DNA of 64,000 bases from positions 191,976 to 255,975 of the forward strand of contig CAVUPI010000004.1 of NCBI GenBank assembly GCA_963743335.1, read 5' to 3'. Shown here piece by piece: positions 1 to 14,934 of the stretch (its first letter is position 1; each line of letters begins with the position of its first letter). A model generated the notes under the pieces. That model was not told where the DNA came from. It saw only the letters and a list, made by a program, of their open reading frames with translations, and made no database searches. The DNA comes from an uncultured Acidobacteriota bacterium (GTDB lineage: Bacteria; Acidobacteriota; Terriglobia; Acidiferrales; UBA7541). The translations under genes were made by a program, and so were the position numbers.

Positions 1-99
1 ATTGCGATAACGTCCCCGAATGAATCGAATGCGTGACGCGAACTCCAGCTTCCAACCTCGTGTCGAGTTGGGACACCGTGGCTACGTGTGCGCTTTTCC

Positions 100-2682
100 T
101 CATTGGCTCGTAGCCGCTTTGTGTCCCGACCAGGGCCAAAACGTCACTCCAAATGACGTTGTCACATCCGTCTGCCTCGTCGGCGAAATCACCGGAAAAT
201 CCCAAGTCTCGTATTGGACCGAACCAGACAGACTCAAGCTCGAAGTCACCCAAGCCGACGCGCTCGCGCCTGCGTCGGTGATGGTTCCGCCGTTGGGAAT
301 GAATCCTTTGCTGACTTTTTCGTGCCGGAAATTCAGTTGCACGTTGTCCTTGGGCGTAAACCAATACGTTGCCCACGCATCTGCCCCTTGCCCTTGCCGT
401 CCGACCCAACTTCCGATCAAATCCCCTCCGTTGGCGTATCCGCTCACAAATCGAGAGTTGTAGTAAAAGAAACCGTGTTGTAGCGATGGCTGCATCGCTG
501 GCGGGTCGGTATAAAGGCCTTCCGCGCGGAAATCGAGCTTCGGGATTTTGGGAATGCGCGGCATGTAAATTCCGGCTACCACCGCCGCCTTATTCCAATT
601 GCGCCACGGGCTGATTTCGTCGTCCGTGAAGGCGTCTCCATACAGTGTCAGCCAGTTGCGCACCTTGGGGAATCGATACGTAAAGTCAAATCCTCCTCTG
701 CGATCCCCCGGATCGCTTGAGGTGCCCGGAGCGCCGTTCCCGACAGAGAAAATCGATTGGCCGAATCGGTGGAGAGTCATTGGAACACCCGCTCCGGCAA
801 AAATAGTGGTGATGCCCATGCCCATTTCGAAATTCGGAGTGGGTTTGAGGCTGATCTTCCAGCCGTCGAGGAACGGCTGATCGCTGAGCGGCTGAGTCCA
901 GGAGCCGGTGAGGCCCTTGAGGGCGCTGTTAACCCAATTTTGACCCGCTAGCCGCCCCAAGAAGAATTGGATCCGAATGGGACCCGCCACGCGCAAGATG
1001 CCGGGCAACGTGAAGGGCGACACCCGGTTGATTTCGAACATTTCGATCGGCGCGGCATTATTGCTGAACAACATCGGCCCGCTCTGGTCGGGTCCCCACC
1101 ACTGTTCTTGTTTCCCGAACGTGAAGGCCCAGTTGTCGAACTGAATTCCCGCATAGCCGTCGAGCAAATCGGCTTGGCTGATTGACGGGATCGAAGCGTC
1201 CGGCGGCACAGGCGGGGTCGGGCCGCCCGGAGGCACCACCTGGAGAAGTTGGACCTGTTGAATTACCGTGCGTGCGGAAAGCGGAAGCGCGGTCGCCCAA
1301 GGCGCGTATTGATACTCGACGCGGGCGTAGCCTACCAGCGGCCCGTCGGTCGCCCATCCGGAGCCACCCGCAATCGCGTTCGCTCCCTCCTCGTACGGCC
1401 GGCCGTAGTCATCCACGATCGTCTGACCGAAATCGTACTTCGCGCCATCGCTCAGCGGCTGCCCACTGATCCCCGTGACGCGCGAGTAGACCGACTCCAC
1501 GCGCGCATTGCGATTCGTGCCGCCGCCGAGAGAATTCAGTTCCGTGGCGAACTCCTTGTTCAAGTCGCGAAGAATGCGGCTCGCGGTCGCAGGACTGGTC
1601 GGATCCTCGGTAATCCTGTCGCTCGCATCGCTGATCAAACGCGCGCATTCCATCCGAGTCCATGGACGTTGCCCCAGGAAACCCTCGGGGAGATACCCGA
1701 GCGCCTCCAATCGCTCCAGAGCCGGATAAATCCAACTGTCGAGCGGAACGTACGGCGAGCCCATATTCTTCGGCTGAAACGGATGGTCGCTGAGAAGCGT
1801 GTCCTTCCAACTCGTCCATTCGCCTCCGCCCAGCGTCGGGTCGTGATACTTGCCGTAGACCAATTCTCCGTCGAGCCAGCCAATCGCGCTGCCCACGAGC
1901 ACGTCCGAGGGGAAGTGCTGCTTGCCTTCGACACGAGCCGCGCCAATGGCAGCTGCGGCTCCGTAAGCGAGTAGTTGCGACAAAGGTCCCGGGTATTCGT
2001 GACTCAGCACGCTTGCAACCGACCATGCGACCGCCGCGTGATCGGACGGAAACGAATCGCCGCCGCTCTCAAAGTCGCCGTTGTGGTCCCCTTGAAACGG
2101 GCGATTCCTGCCAGTCGCGTATTTAAGGGCAGTCGCCACGGCGTAGCTATCCACCGCCGCCTCTCCGGCGAGCAATCCCGCCTCTCGCGCATGATCGTTG
2201 TGGGTAAAGTGGCCCCACAGATAGAGAGCGCCCGTGCCACCCGCAAGGGCCGCAATTCCGTAGTTCGAGAAACTTACGTAGCGATTTTGCGTCTTCGGCG
2301 TGTTCGAGATGTGCAAGCTCACGTCTCGGTCGGTTGCGATCAGGCCCGCCGCCAATCCACCCAGCGGCACGAGCCAAATGCTGTCCTGCGCCCGGATTCG
2401 AGCCGGGCTCGTCCAAATCGCTTCCTGATCTTTGATGATGTGTTTCACCACGGACATTCCCAGCGCGTTGTTGTAGTCACCCGGCCCCGGGTCGGGATCC
2501 GGCAACTTCGTTGTGGTATCGGCAGCGCTATTTCCCGCGTTATGAGGATCGTTGCGCGGTGCCGGCGCCTCCTGCGACGCTGGGCTCTGGGCGCGGCAAG
2601 TCGGGCTCAACCCCGCGGCGACTGTAATCACGCAAGACGCAAACATCAGCCCTCTCCAGATCCTCACCCTGGCCGATCGCAT
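100..2682 (-). CDS. Secreted PAP2-family phosphatase fused to a Wzi-like capsule-assembly domain (860 aa)
   Basis: ORF 100..3081(-) trimmed to the ATG at 2682, which gives MRSARVRIWRGLMFASCVITVAAGLSPTCRAQS, a signal peptide. The 133 aa upstream are Arg-rich read-through overlapping the previous gene. All three PAP2 motifs are present: KYATGRNRP (Kx6RP), PSDH and RVEGKQHFPSD (Rx5Hx3D). The C-terminal ~500 aa resemble the Wzi family (YPALERLEALGYLPEGFLGQRPWTRMECARL). The start overlaps the upstream stop (TGATG). Confidence 0.7.
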   Translation of the reverse strand: MRSARVRIWRGLMFASCVITVAAGLSPTCRAQSPASQEAPAPRNDPHNAGNSAADTTTKLPDPDPGPGDYNNALGMSVVKHIIKDQEAIWTSPARIRAQDSIWLVPLGGLAAGLIATDRDVSLHISNTPKTQNRYVSFSNYGIAALAGGTGALYLWGHFTHNDHAREAGLLAGEAAVDSYAVATALKYATGRNRPFQGDHNGDFESGGDSFPSDHAAVAWSVASVLSHEYPGPLSQLLAYGAAAAIGAARVEGKQHFPSDVLVGSAIGWLDGELVYGKYHDPTLGGGEWTSWKDTLLSDHPFQPKNMGSPYVPLDSWIYPALERLEALGYLPEGFLGQRPWTRMECARLISDASDRITEDPTSPATASRILRDLNKEFATELNSLGGGTNRNARVESVYSRVTGISGQPLSDGAKYDFGQTIVDDYGRPYEEGANAIAGGSGWATDGPLVGYARVEYQYAPWATALPLSARTVIQQVQLLQVVPPGGPTPPVPPDASIPSISQADLLDGYAGIQFDNWAFTFGKQEQWWGPDQSGPMLFSNNAAPIEMFEINRVSPFTLPGILRVAGPIRIQFFLGRLAGQNWVNSALKGLTGSWTQPLSDQPFLDGWKISLKPTPNFEMGMGITTIFAGAGVPMTLHRFGQSIFSVGNGAPGTSSDPGDRRGGFDFTYRFPKVRNWLTLYGDAFTDDEISPWRNWNKAAVVAGIYMPRIPKIPKLDFRAEGLYTDPPAMQPSLQHGFFYYNSRFVSGYANGGDLIGSWVGRQGQGADAWATYWFTPKDNVQLNFRHEKVSKGFIPNGGTITDAGASASAWVTSSLSLSGSVQYETWDFPVISPTRQTDVTTSFGVTFWPWSGHKAATSQ

Positions 2683-5600
2683 CAGTAGTGCGTGGCGATG
2701 AACACCGTGCTCACGACAGACGAAGCGACTGACGCCGCTGTAAACAGGTTCGCCCATTGCACGCCGCCACCAATCGTTTTCTCCGGTACGACCACGGTGT
2801 CTCCGGGCTGGAGCGTTGCCCCCAGCGCGCTTCCGGTCCACAAGCTCTCTTTCTGACCGATCACCGAGCCGTCCGCCCGAATCACGAAGATCGCTTTTCG
2901 ATTCGCGGTGGTCGTTGGTCCGCCAGCCTGTTCCAGATACCACTTGGCGCTCTTGCCGGGTCGGTAGGAAACGGCCGTGGGGTTGAACACTTGCCCGGTC
3001 ACCATCACGTAGTCTGGCCGCTTCGGAACGAAGAGCGTGTCGCCGGCTCGGACATCGATGTCGGCCACGCTGTTTTTCCATCGGTCGATTCGAGATGAAA
3101 TGCGAATCGCCACGCGACCGACGGGCTCATTCGTAGTTAGTTCCGTCAAGGTCGTCTGATACTGCCCAAGAGCCATTTCCTTGGCCTGTTTCTGAGCCGG
3201 CGTCGTGTCAGGCAGGTTCTGCAGGCTGCCCTCGGCGTCTTTCACACGCAGGATGAGTTTGTCCTGCTCTGTGGCCTCGAGTTCGCGCACTTGGACGCGC
3301 TCCAAAATCGTGCCGTATGGGTAGGCATCCGGCAAAAAGCCCCCCGCTCGCTCTATGACGGAACTCAATCGCTCGCCCGGGCGAATCCCGTACGTGCCCG
3401 GATGCTTCACTTCACCCTTGAGCGTGATGGTTGCGCCTAGGTCATCCCAGTTGGAGAGCTGGCGGATCGTAACCACGTCGCCGTTGTGCAGCACCTCATT
3501 CGATTTCGGATCGTCCGACATCGCTGCCGAGATCAGGATCGGCTCATGCTGCCCGTTCAGTTGAGTGGGATTCGACCATTGGTAATGGGTCAGATCTCCC
3601 ATTTCAGTGTCTGCGCTGGGCTGCAGCCCGCCTCCCACTCGGATCAGGTCGGCGACAGTCATGTTTGTGGTCAATGGGTAGCGGCCCGGCTTGCCGACGG
3701 CACCCTCGATGTAAACAGTTGCGGGTTGCTCGGCGTCAGGACTCTTGTGCACGAGCAAACGGTCGCGGGGCTCAAGCAGCAGATTCTGCGTGGGGTCGCC
3801 GTTGAGAGCCGCGCTCAGGCTGACGCTGAAAATCTTCGCCTGCCCGTCGGGCAGATATCGAAATACTTGGGCATCCTCGGCCTCCGCATCCGGAGCCAAT
3901 CCACCCGCCAAATGAACGGCGTCCGCAACGTGAATCTGCCCGGACGTCTGATACGTTCCCGGTCCGCGCACGTCTCCCAGGACCGAAACGGTCGGTGGAT
4001 TCTGGAAATCGAATCGGCTGAAGACTCGAACCGTATCCATCGCGTCGAGAACCGGCGCTTGCGACGGATTGGCCAGTGCTTCTTGCAGATCGAAACTTTG
4101 GACCGTAGGGTGAAAATCGGGAGCGTTCAGACGGATGATTTCGGCATATTCCAGAGAAGGCTCGGGCAGGAGATCCTTGAACGACGAAATCAAGTCCGTC
4201 ACGCGCATGCCCGCGTGGTACGAATATCGCCCGGGCCGAATGACGTGGCCCTCCAAATAGACCGCGTCCTCGTTTCCCTGCGTGATCGGGAATACGCGTA
4301 TGCGGTCGCCGTCCTGAACTTTGAACGACTCAAGCTGCTTGGTCGCGGCCGCATCGTCGTCTGAAGCAGGGATATCCAGGCTCAGCATCGTCTGCTTTTC
4401 ATGGGCGATTGTCCGCTGCACTTCGATATGGCGAAGCGTTGCGGTTGGCAATAAGCCTCCCGCTAGCTCAAGCACGCCTGCCAGGTTCGTCTCATCTTTC
4501 ACTTCGTAGATTGCCGGACGGCGAACCATGCCTTCGACCGTTACTTGCGGCCCGATCGGCGGGACCATCACGCTGTCGCCGTCTTCCAGGCGCAGCATGT
4601 CCGATCGCACGCCGTGAAGGAGCAAGTCGTAGAGATCCACGGTCTGGACGACCTGACTTCCGCGGAGGTGCTTGACGATTCGCAGCGAACCTCGCGGCGT
4701 AGGGCCGCCGGCGGCGAACAGCGCGTTCAGAGGAGTCGACAACGAACTGATGTCGTAGGCGCCAGGATTCTCAACGTCGCCCACCACGTACACTCGGATC
4801 GTTCGCAGCCGAGCGAGGGAAACCGCAACGGAGACATCGCGAAACTGCGTGCGCAGTTCCTGCTGGACATTTTGCTGCACATCCGCGAGGCTCTTGCCAC
4901 TAACCAGCAGTGGGCCAACCTCTGGCAGGCTGACACGTCCTTCCCGATCCACCGACCGATAAAAGCGTCGCGATACGCTGCCCCAAAGGTCGATGGCCAA
5001 GCCATCGCCCGGCCCAACCACGTAGTCGGGACCCGCCGGAAGATCCATCGGTATGAAGTACGGGTTCTGCGAATTGTTACTGAACACGCTCATGCCAAAC
5101 CGCTTCGGCTCGGTAGGGCGCGGCGACGCCTGCAGATACATGTCGTAAAGGGACGGAATGTCCTCATACGGACTCGGCCGCCGGATCATCTCAACCGGCT
5201 CCAATGACGCTTGGTTCTGGTCACGAACCGGCGGCCGATAGCCGGGAAAAGGAGAGTTGTAATATCCCGGCGACCCCATGCCCTGTCCATTCATCTGGCC
5301 CATCGGATTCATTTCGAACGGGTTTATGTCAGTCTGTTGGATGGACGGCCCAAAATCCTCTCCCCCACCGAGGTATTGGCTCAACATGCTGCTTTGGGAA
5401 CCACCGAACCCACCGCCCATCGAGCCCATTGAAGAGTCGCCGCCCTCGCTTTGAAGACCCTGAAGCAGCTGCGACGACGAGGTGCCGCCGAGACCGCCCT
5501 CGCCCTGTCCACCGAACATGTCCATCGAGCCAAGCGAGCCACCGCCCGAAAACGCCGAAAGGCCGTCTTCCGACGCTCCCGTTTGCATGAGCATCGTGCG

Positions 5601-6332
5601 CTGAAGCATGTCGTTGCCGCCGCTCGGCGGCGCGATTGGGGGATTCAACTGATCGGGCGCTCCTAGACTAGGCGGCAAGCCTTGCATGGTTCCCGAAGGA
5701 ATTCCCTGGTACTGAAATGGAGCTCCCTGGCGTTGTTGCTGCTGTACTTGCTGTTGTTGCGGCTGCTGACAGCTCGACTGGTCCCCTTCGGCGCATTTTT
5801 TGGCCTTTGTAAGCTTGTCCTGTGCATCAGACGCAGCCTGCGCCCTCGCTTGCTCTTCTTCCTGAGAGATCCATTTCACCCGCTCTTGCACCAGTAGCTC
5901 TTGTTCTTTCCCGAGTTCCGAGTCGGGATTAACCGTGGGCACGAGATATCCGTAGTGTTGCAGCAAAGTCGTTGCCACAGCGCGAAACCGGACGTCGTTG
6001 TCAAGCCGCTCGAAGATCGCATCCTCGGTTAAGTCCGATTCGCGGATTACTTGCCCGAGGTTGGTCGCATCTTGAGCAACCCAGCGCTTCAGCTCGACCA
6101 TCAGGCCCGGGTTCTGCACCAACACGGCCTTGATCTCGGCGGAAGATGCCGCCACCTGGCTCAGGTTGTCTTGCGCAAGCGCCGGACTGGAAACCGGAGG
6201 TCGGCGCTCGGTTTGTGCAACCGTCGTCGCCGGCAACAAGAAGAGTCCGAGGAGTACCCACAACAGTCCCAGCCGCCGGCGAAGTATTCCCTGATCGGAC
6301 CCAGTTTTTCGGGTCCGCAGCTCGCGAATCAT
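2682..6332 (-). CDS. Giant Wza-like polysaccharide export protein (Poly_export domain plus multiple SLBB repeats), 1216 aa
   Basis: N-terminal signal/TM segment LGLLWVLLGLFLLPATTVAQ. Poly_export-like segment PGDGLAIDLWG...VSLPEVGPLLVSGKSLADVQ...VYVVGDVENPGAY. This is followed by repeated soluble-ligand-binding beta-grasp-like units (..GDxV.VP....V.V.G.V..PG.Y..). C-terminal hydrophobic helix WANLFTAASVASSVVSTVFIATHY. ATGA overlap with the upstream gene at 6329-6332. Confidence 0.8.
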   Translation of the reverse strand: MIRELRTRKTGSDQGILRRRLGLLWVLLGLFLLPATTVAQTERRPPVSSPALAQDNLSQVAASSAEIKAVLVQNPGLMVELKRWVAQDATNLGQVIRESDLTEDAIFERLDNDVRFRAVATTLLQHYGYLVPTVNPDSELGKEQELLVQERVKWISQEEEQARAQAASDAQDKLTKAKKCAEGDQSSCQQPQQQQVQQQQRQGAPFQYQGIPSGTMQGLPPSLGAPDQLNPPIAPPSGGNDMLQRTMLMQTGASEDGLSAFSGGGSLGSMDMFGGQGEGGLGGTSSSQLLQGLQSEGGDSSMGSMGGGFGGSQSSMLSQYLGGGEDFGPSIQQTDINPFEMNPMGQMNGQGMGSPGYYNSPFPGYRPPVRDQNQASLEPVEMIRRPSPYEDIPSLYDMYLQASPRPTEPKRFGMSVFSNNSQNPYFIPMDLPAGPDYVVGPGDGLAIDLWGSVSRRFYRSVDREGRVSLPEVGPLLVSGKSLADVQQNVQQELRTQFRDVSVAVSLARLRTIRVYVVGDVENPGAYDISSLSTPLNALFAAGGPTPRGSLRIVKHLRGSQVVQTVDLYDLLLHGVRSDMLRLEDGDSVMVPPIGPQVTVEGMVRRPAIYEVKDETNLAGVLELAGGLLPTATLRHIEVQRTIAHEKQTMLSLDIPASDDDAAATKQLESFKVQDGDRIRVFPITQGNEDAVYLEGHVIRPGRYSYHAGMRVTDLISSFKDLLPEPSLEYAEIIRLNAPDFHPTVQSFDLQEALANPSQAPVLDAMDTVRVFSRFDFQNPPTVSVLGDVRGPGTYQTSGQIHVADAVHLAGGLAPDAEAEDAQVFRYLPDGQAKIFSVSLSAALNGDPTQNLLLEPRDRLLVHKSPDAEQPATVYIEGAVGKPGRYPLTTNMTVADLIRVGGGLQPSADTEMGDLTHYQWSNPTQLNGQHEPILISAAMSDDPKSNEVLHNGDVVTIRQLSNWDDLGATITLKGEVKHPGTYGIRPGERLSSVIERAGGFLPDAYPYGTILERVQVRELEATEQDKLILRVKDAEGSLQNLPDTTPAQKQAKEMALGQYQTTLTELTTNEPVGRVAIRISSRIDRWKNSVADIDVRAGDTLFVPKRPDYVMVTGQVFNPTAVSYRPGKSAKWYLEQAGGPTTTANRKAIFVIRADGSVIGQKESLWTGSALGATLQPGDTVVVPEKTIGGGVQWANLFTAASVASSVVSTVFIATHY

Positions 6333-6706
6333 TGAAGCCTCTCAAAGGACTGCAGTTTTCCTCGAAGCGCGCCCAGCACGCCCGCTTCCGATGCCTCAAT
6401 CTGATTCGATTCGATCCGCAGGGAAGCCCAATAAAAGACGGTGCTGTTTCGATCCGCCGAAATCGCAATCACCTTTATGTGGGGATGCTCCTGAAGGATT
6501 GCCTCGCAGAATGTTGGCAGGCGCTTCGATTTGTCGAGCGATACGATGAGGAAGTCCGGACGGCTCTGCTCCACGGCGGACGTGATTTCCGAATCCTTGT
6601 CGACCTCGCCCACAATCTCAATGTCCGGTTGGTCCGATATGGTCGCCATCACGAGTTCTCGAATCAATCGCGGTCGGTTTGCAACGAGCACTCGAATTGG
6701 GCTCAT
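6329..6706 (-). CDS. Stand-alone receiver-like (CheY-fold) protein with a degenerate acidic pocket
   Basis: 125 aa. IRVLVANRPRLIRELV...PDFLIVSLDKS...IKVIAISAD follows the receiver-domain pattern, but the N-terminal DD pair is replaced by AN. AGGAGG lies 6 nt upstream of the ATG at 6706. The stop overlaps the wza-like start. Confidence 0.6.
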   Translation of the reverse strand: MSPIRVLVANRPRLIRELVMATISDQPDIEIVGEVDKDSEITSAVEQSRPDFLIVSLDKSKRLPTFCEAILQEHPHIKVIAISADRNSTVFYWASLRIESNQIEASEAGVLGALRGKLQSFERLQ

Positions 6707-6914
6707 CGATCGCCTCCTGCATCGGCCGAAGCCCCATGAGTATCCGGGCTTTTGCTCTGCCGCGAACAGGCTGAATTTGGATTGAAAAGAGAGGGGGGTG
6801 CAAATCCGGGTTAGAGGAAATTACGTTCGGGTTAAGTAATCTTCAATGATCTATCAACCCCGTAATCTTACCTACGCAGTTCTACTTAGACAAACTGAGG
6901 GAATTACCTGAGGC

Positions 6915-7559
6915 CTATGCTTCGAGTCGATCGATCTCGCAAGCATCCCGAATGCCGGACCGGTCTTCAGCCCCGACCTTGCGGAGGATTCGGTGAATAT
7001 GACTCTTGATGGTCTGTTCCGAGACGCTCAATTCCGCGGCGATTTCCTTGTTGGTGAGACCGCGCCCAACCAGCGGCACCAACTGCTGTTCCCGTCGCGT
7101 CAGGCCGAAAGGCGTTCGTCGTCGTGTCCGAGCCTCGGCCTTTAGCGACGACACGGACTCAAACAGCACGCGCATGAGGCGTCCGGGGCAGACCGCTTCG
7201 CCACGGGCGACCCCGCGGACTGCCGCGATTACGTCTGCCGCAGCCGCCTCCTGTAGCACATAGCCGAGAACTCCATGCCGCACTGCCTCCAGGAAATCCC
7301 TCGGATCATCCTGCATCGCGACTAATATCCATCCGGGCCGCTCACAACTCACCGGATTTCCACCGAGGCTCTCGACCACGCACTTCAACGAATCCGACAC
7401 CCAGACCCCCGCTTTCGCTCTGCCCGCCGGGTGCCCCTCAGCGCTGGGCCGCTCGGATGCCACGACCGTGAATTCCCGCTTCTGCGTGAGGATTCGCGCG
7501 ATCGACTCCCGCAGTAGGCGGTTACTCGATACGATGGTTACCGACGTCTTTTCTTCCAT
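6915..7559 (-). CDS. LuxR/NarL-family transcriptional regulator with a degenerate (pseudo-)receiver domain
   Basis: C-terminal HTH LTRREQQLVPLVGRGLTNKEIAAELSVSEQTIKSHIHRILRKVG. The N-terminus aligns to NarL-type receivers, but DD is replaced by SS (VTIVSSNRLL) and the conserved Lys by Gln (GYVLQE). The ORF-track start (TTG at 7601) was trimmed to the ATG at 7559 (MEEKTSV). The start remains uncertain. Confidence 0.75.
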   Translation of the reverse strand: MEEKTSVTIVSSNRLLRESIARILTQKREFTVVASERPSAEGHPAGRAKAGVWVSDSLKCVVESLGGNPVSCERPGWILVAMQDDPRDFLEAVRHGVLGYVLQEAAAADVIAAVRGVARGEAVCPGRLMRVLFESVSSLKAEARTRRRTPFGLTRREQQLVPLVGRGLTNKEIAAELSVSEQTIKSHIHRILRKVGAEDRSGIRDACEIDRLEA

Positions 7560-8144
7560 CAGCAATGCCCGTTTTTTTAATCGCCGACTGCGCTTGCCCA
7601 AGAGTGAATCATTACAGCGAGCAGCTTACAGGTAAAGTACTATTTTGTAACGGTACCATGCATCGCGCACATTTCTCGTTAGTTCCGTCTCTGAACTGCG
7701 AGCCCACTCGAAGCAGCACCCGATTTGATACATCATTACTGACGGTCCCATTTGTGAATTCTGCGTATTGGCGACCCCACTCGCGTACCGCGGAGTTTAT
7801 CTCAGGCTGTCTGCAGTCTCGGCCGTAGGCCTGGCCTCGAACCGACACCGTTCGCCGACCCCAATCGCTTTGGAGTCGGCCCCCCGCTCGGAAATGGGTC
7901 CACTCTCCTGATGGAACTCATCGACCGTCTGCCTTTTTTCCGTGATCCCCTCGCAGTTGGGCGACCTTCGCCCGCTATGGAGAGCAGGCCATAAGCGCTT
8001 CAGCCTGTCAGTAGGTCACAAAAGACCATGTCTGGCTACTAGGTGCATGCCAGCACCTACGCACAGCGGAACGCGATGGAGACGGTTTCAATCGGTGCAA
8101 ATGCACGGAGTCGGAAAACCAACGGTATTTAGATGCATAGGTTT

Positions 8145-8219
8145 TGGTAGGGGCGGTGGGGATCGGACCCACGACCTTCGGCTTAAAAGGCCGCTGCTCT
8201 ACCACTGAGCTACGCCCCT
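8145..8219 (-). tRNA. tRNA-Lys (anticodon UUU), CCA encoded
   Basis: The reverse complement folds as a 75-nt cloverleaf. Acceptor AGGGGCG/CGCCCCT; D arm GCTC-AGTGGTA-GAGC; anticodon arm GCGGC-CTTTTAA-GCCGA; variable loop AGGTC; T arm GTGGG-TCCGATC-CCCAC; discriminator A; CCA. Two oddities: C instead of U at T-loop position 55, and a G27-A43 mismatch. Confidence 0.85.
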
Positions 8220-8549
8220 GCAAAGCGGTCACATCATCTTACACGAAGTAAGAGTTCTTCGACATTCACGGCGTCGCGAAACCTCGATCGTTCCATCTCT
8301 AGCGGGTCGGCTGACGGTTGCACCGCAGTCGAGATCTTGCCTCTTTGGAAACCATAGGGTGTTTCCCGTACGTTCCGTACAGCAAATACCCTAGAGCGGC
8401 CGGGTGCGCGCATGTGTTAATCAAGGGCATTTAATATGGCGTCTATGTCTCTAACTATGTAATTGAAAACGCAGCATCTTCTGCGAGCATATCCAAGCGC
8501 AGAGACAGAGCAGCCCCTTGCCCTCAATTTTCGTTCGTCCGGAGAATGC

Positions 8550-14867
<6,318 letters not shown>

Positions 14868-14934
14868 GGGAAAAAATGCTGTGTCTCATGGCACCGCAAA
14901 CGCGGTTTCGGGTTGGCAAGATGGGAGGAGTCGC

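Noticed and set aside
2683-3081. The N-terminal 133 aa of ORF 100..3081(-).
   Set aside because: The stretch is extremely Arg-rich and completely overlaps the 3' end of the wza-like gene in another frame. A proper signal peptide starts at the ATG at 2682.
7560-8144. A possible genomic island or integrated element at the 3' side of tRNA-Lys, given the AT-richer DNA and the EPS genes beyond it.
   Set aside because: No integrase gene is present, and I could find no direct repeat of the tRNA 3' end anywhere in the window. The downstream genes have the same composition and style as the rest of the window.
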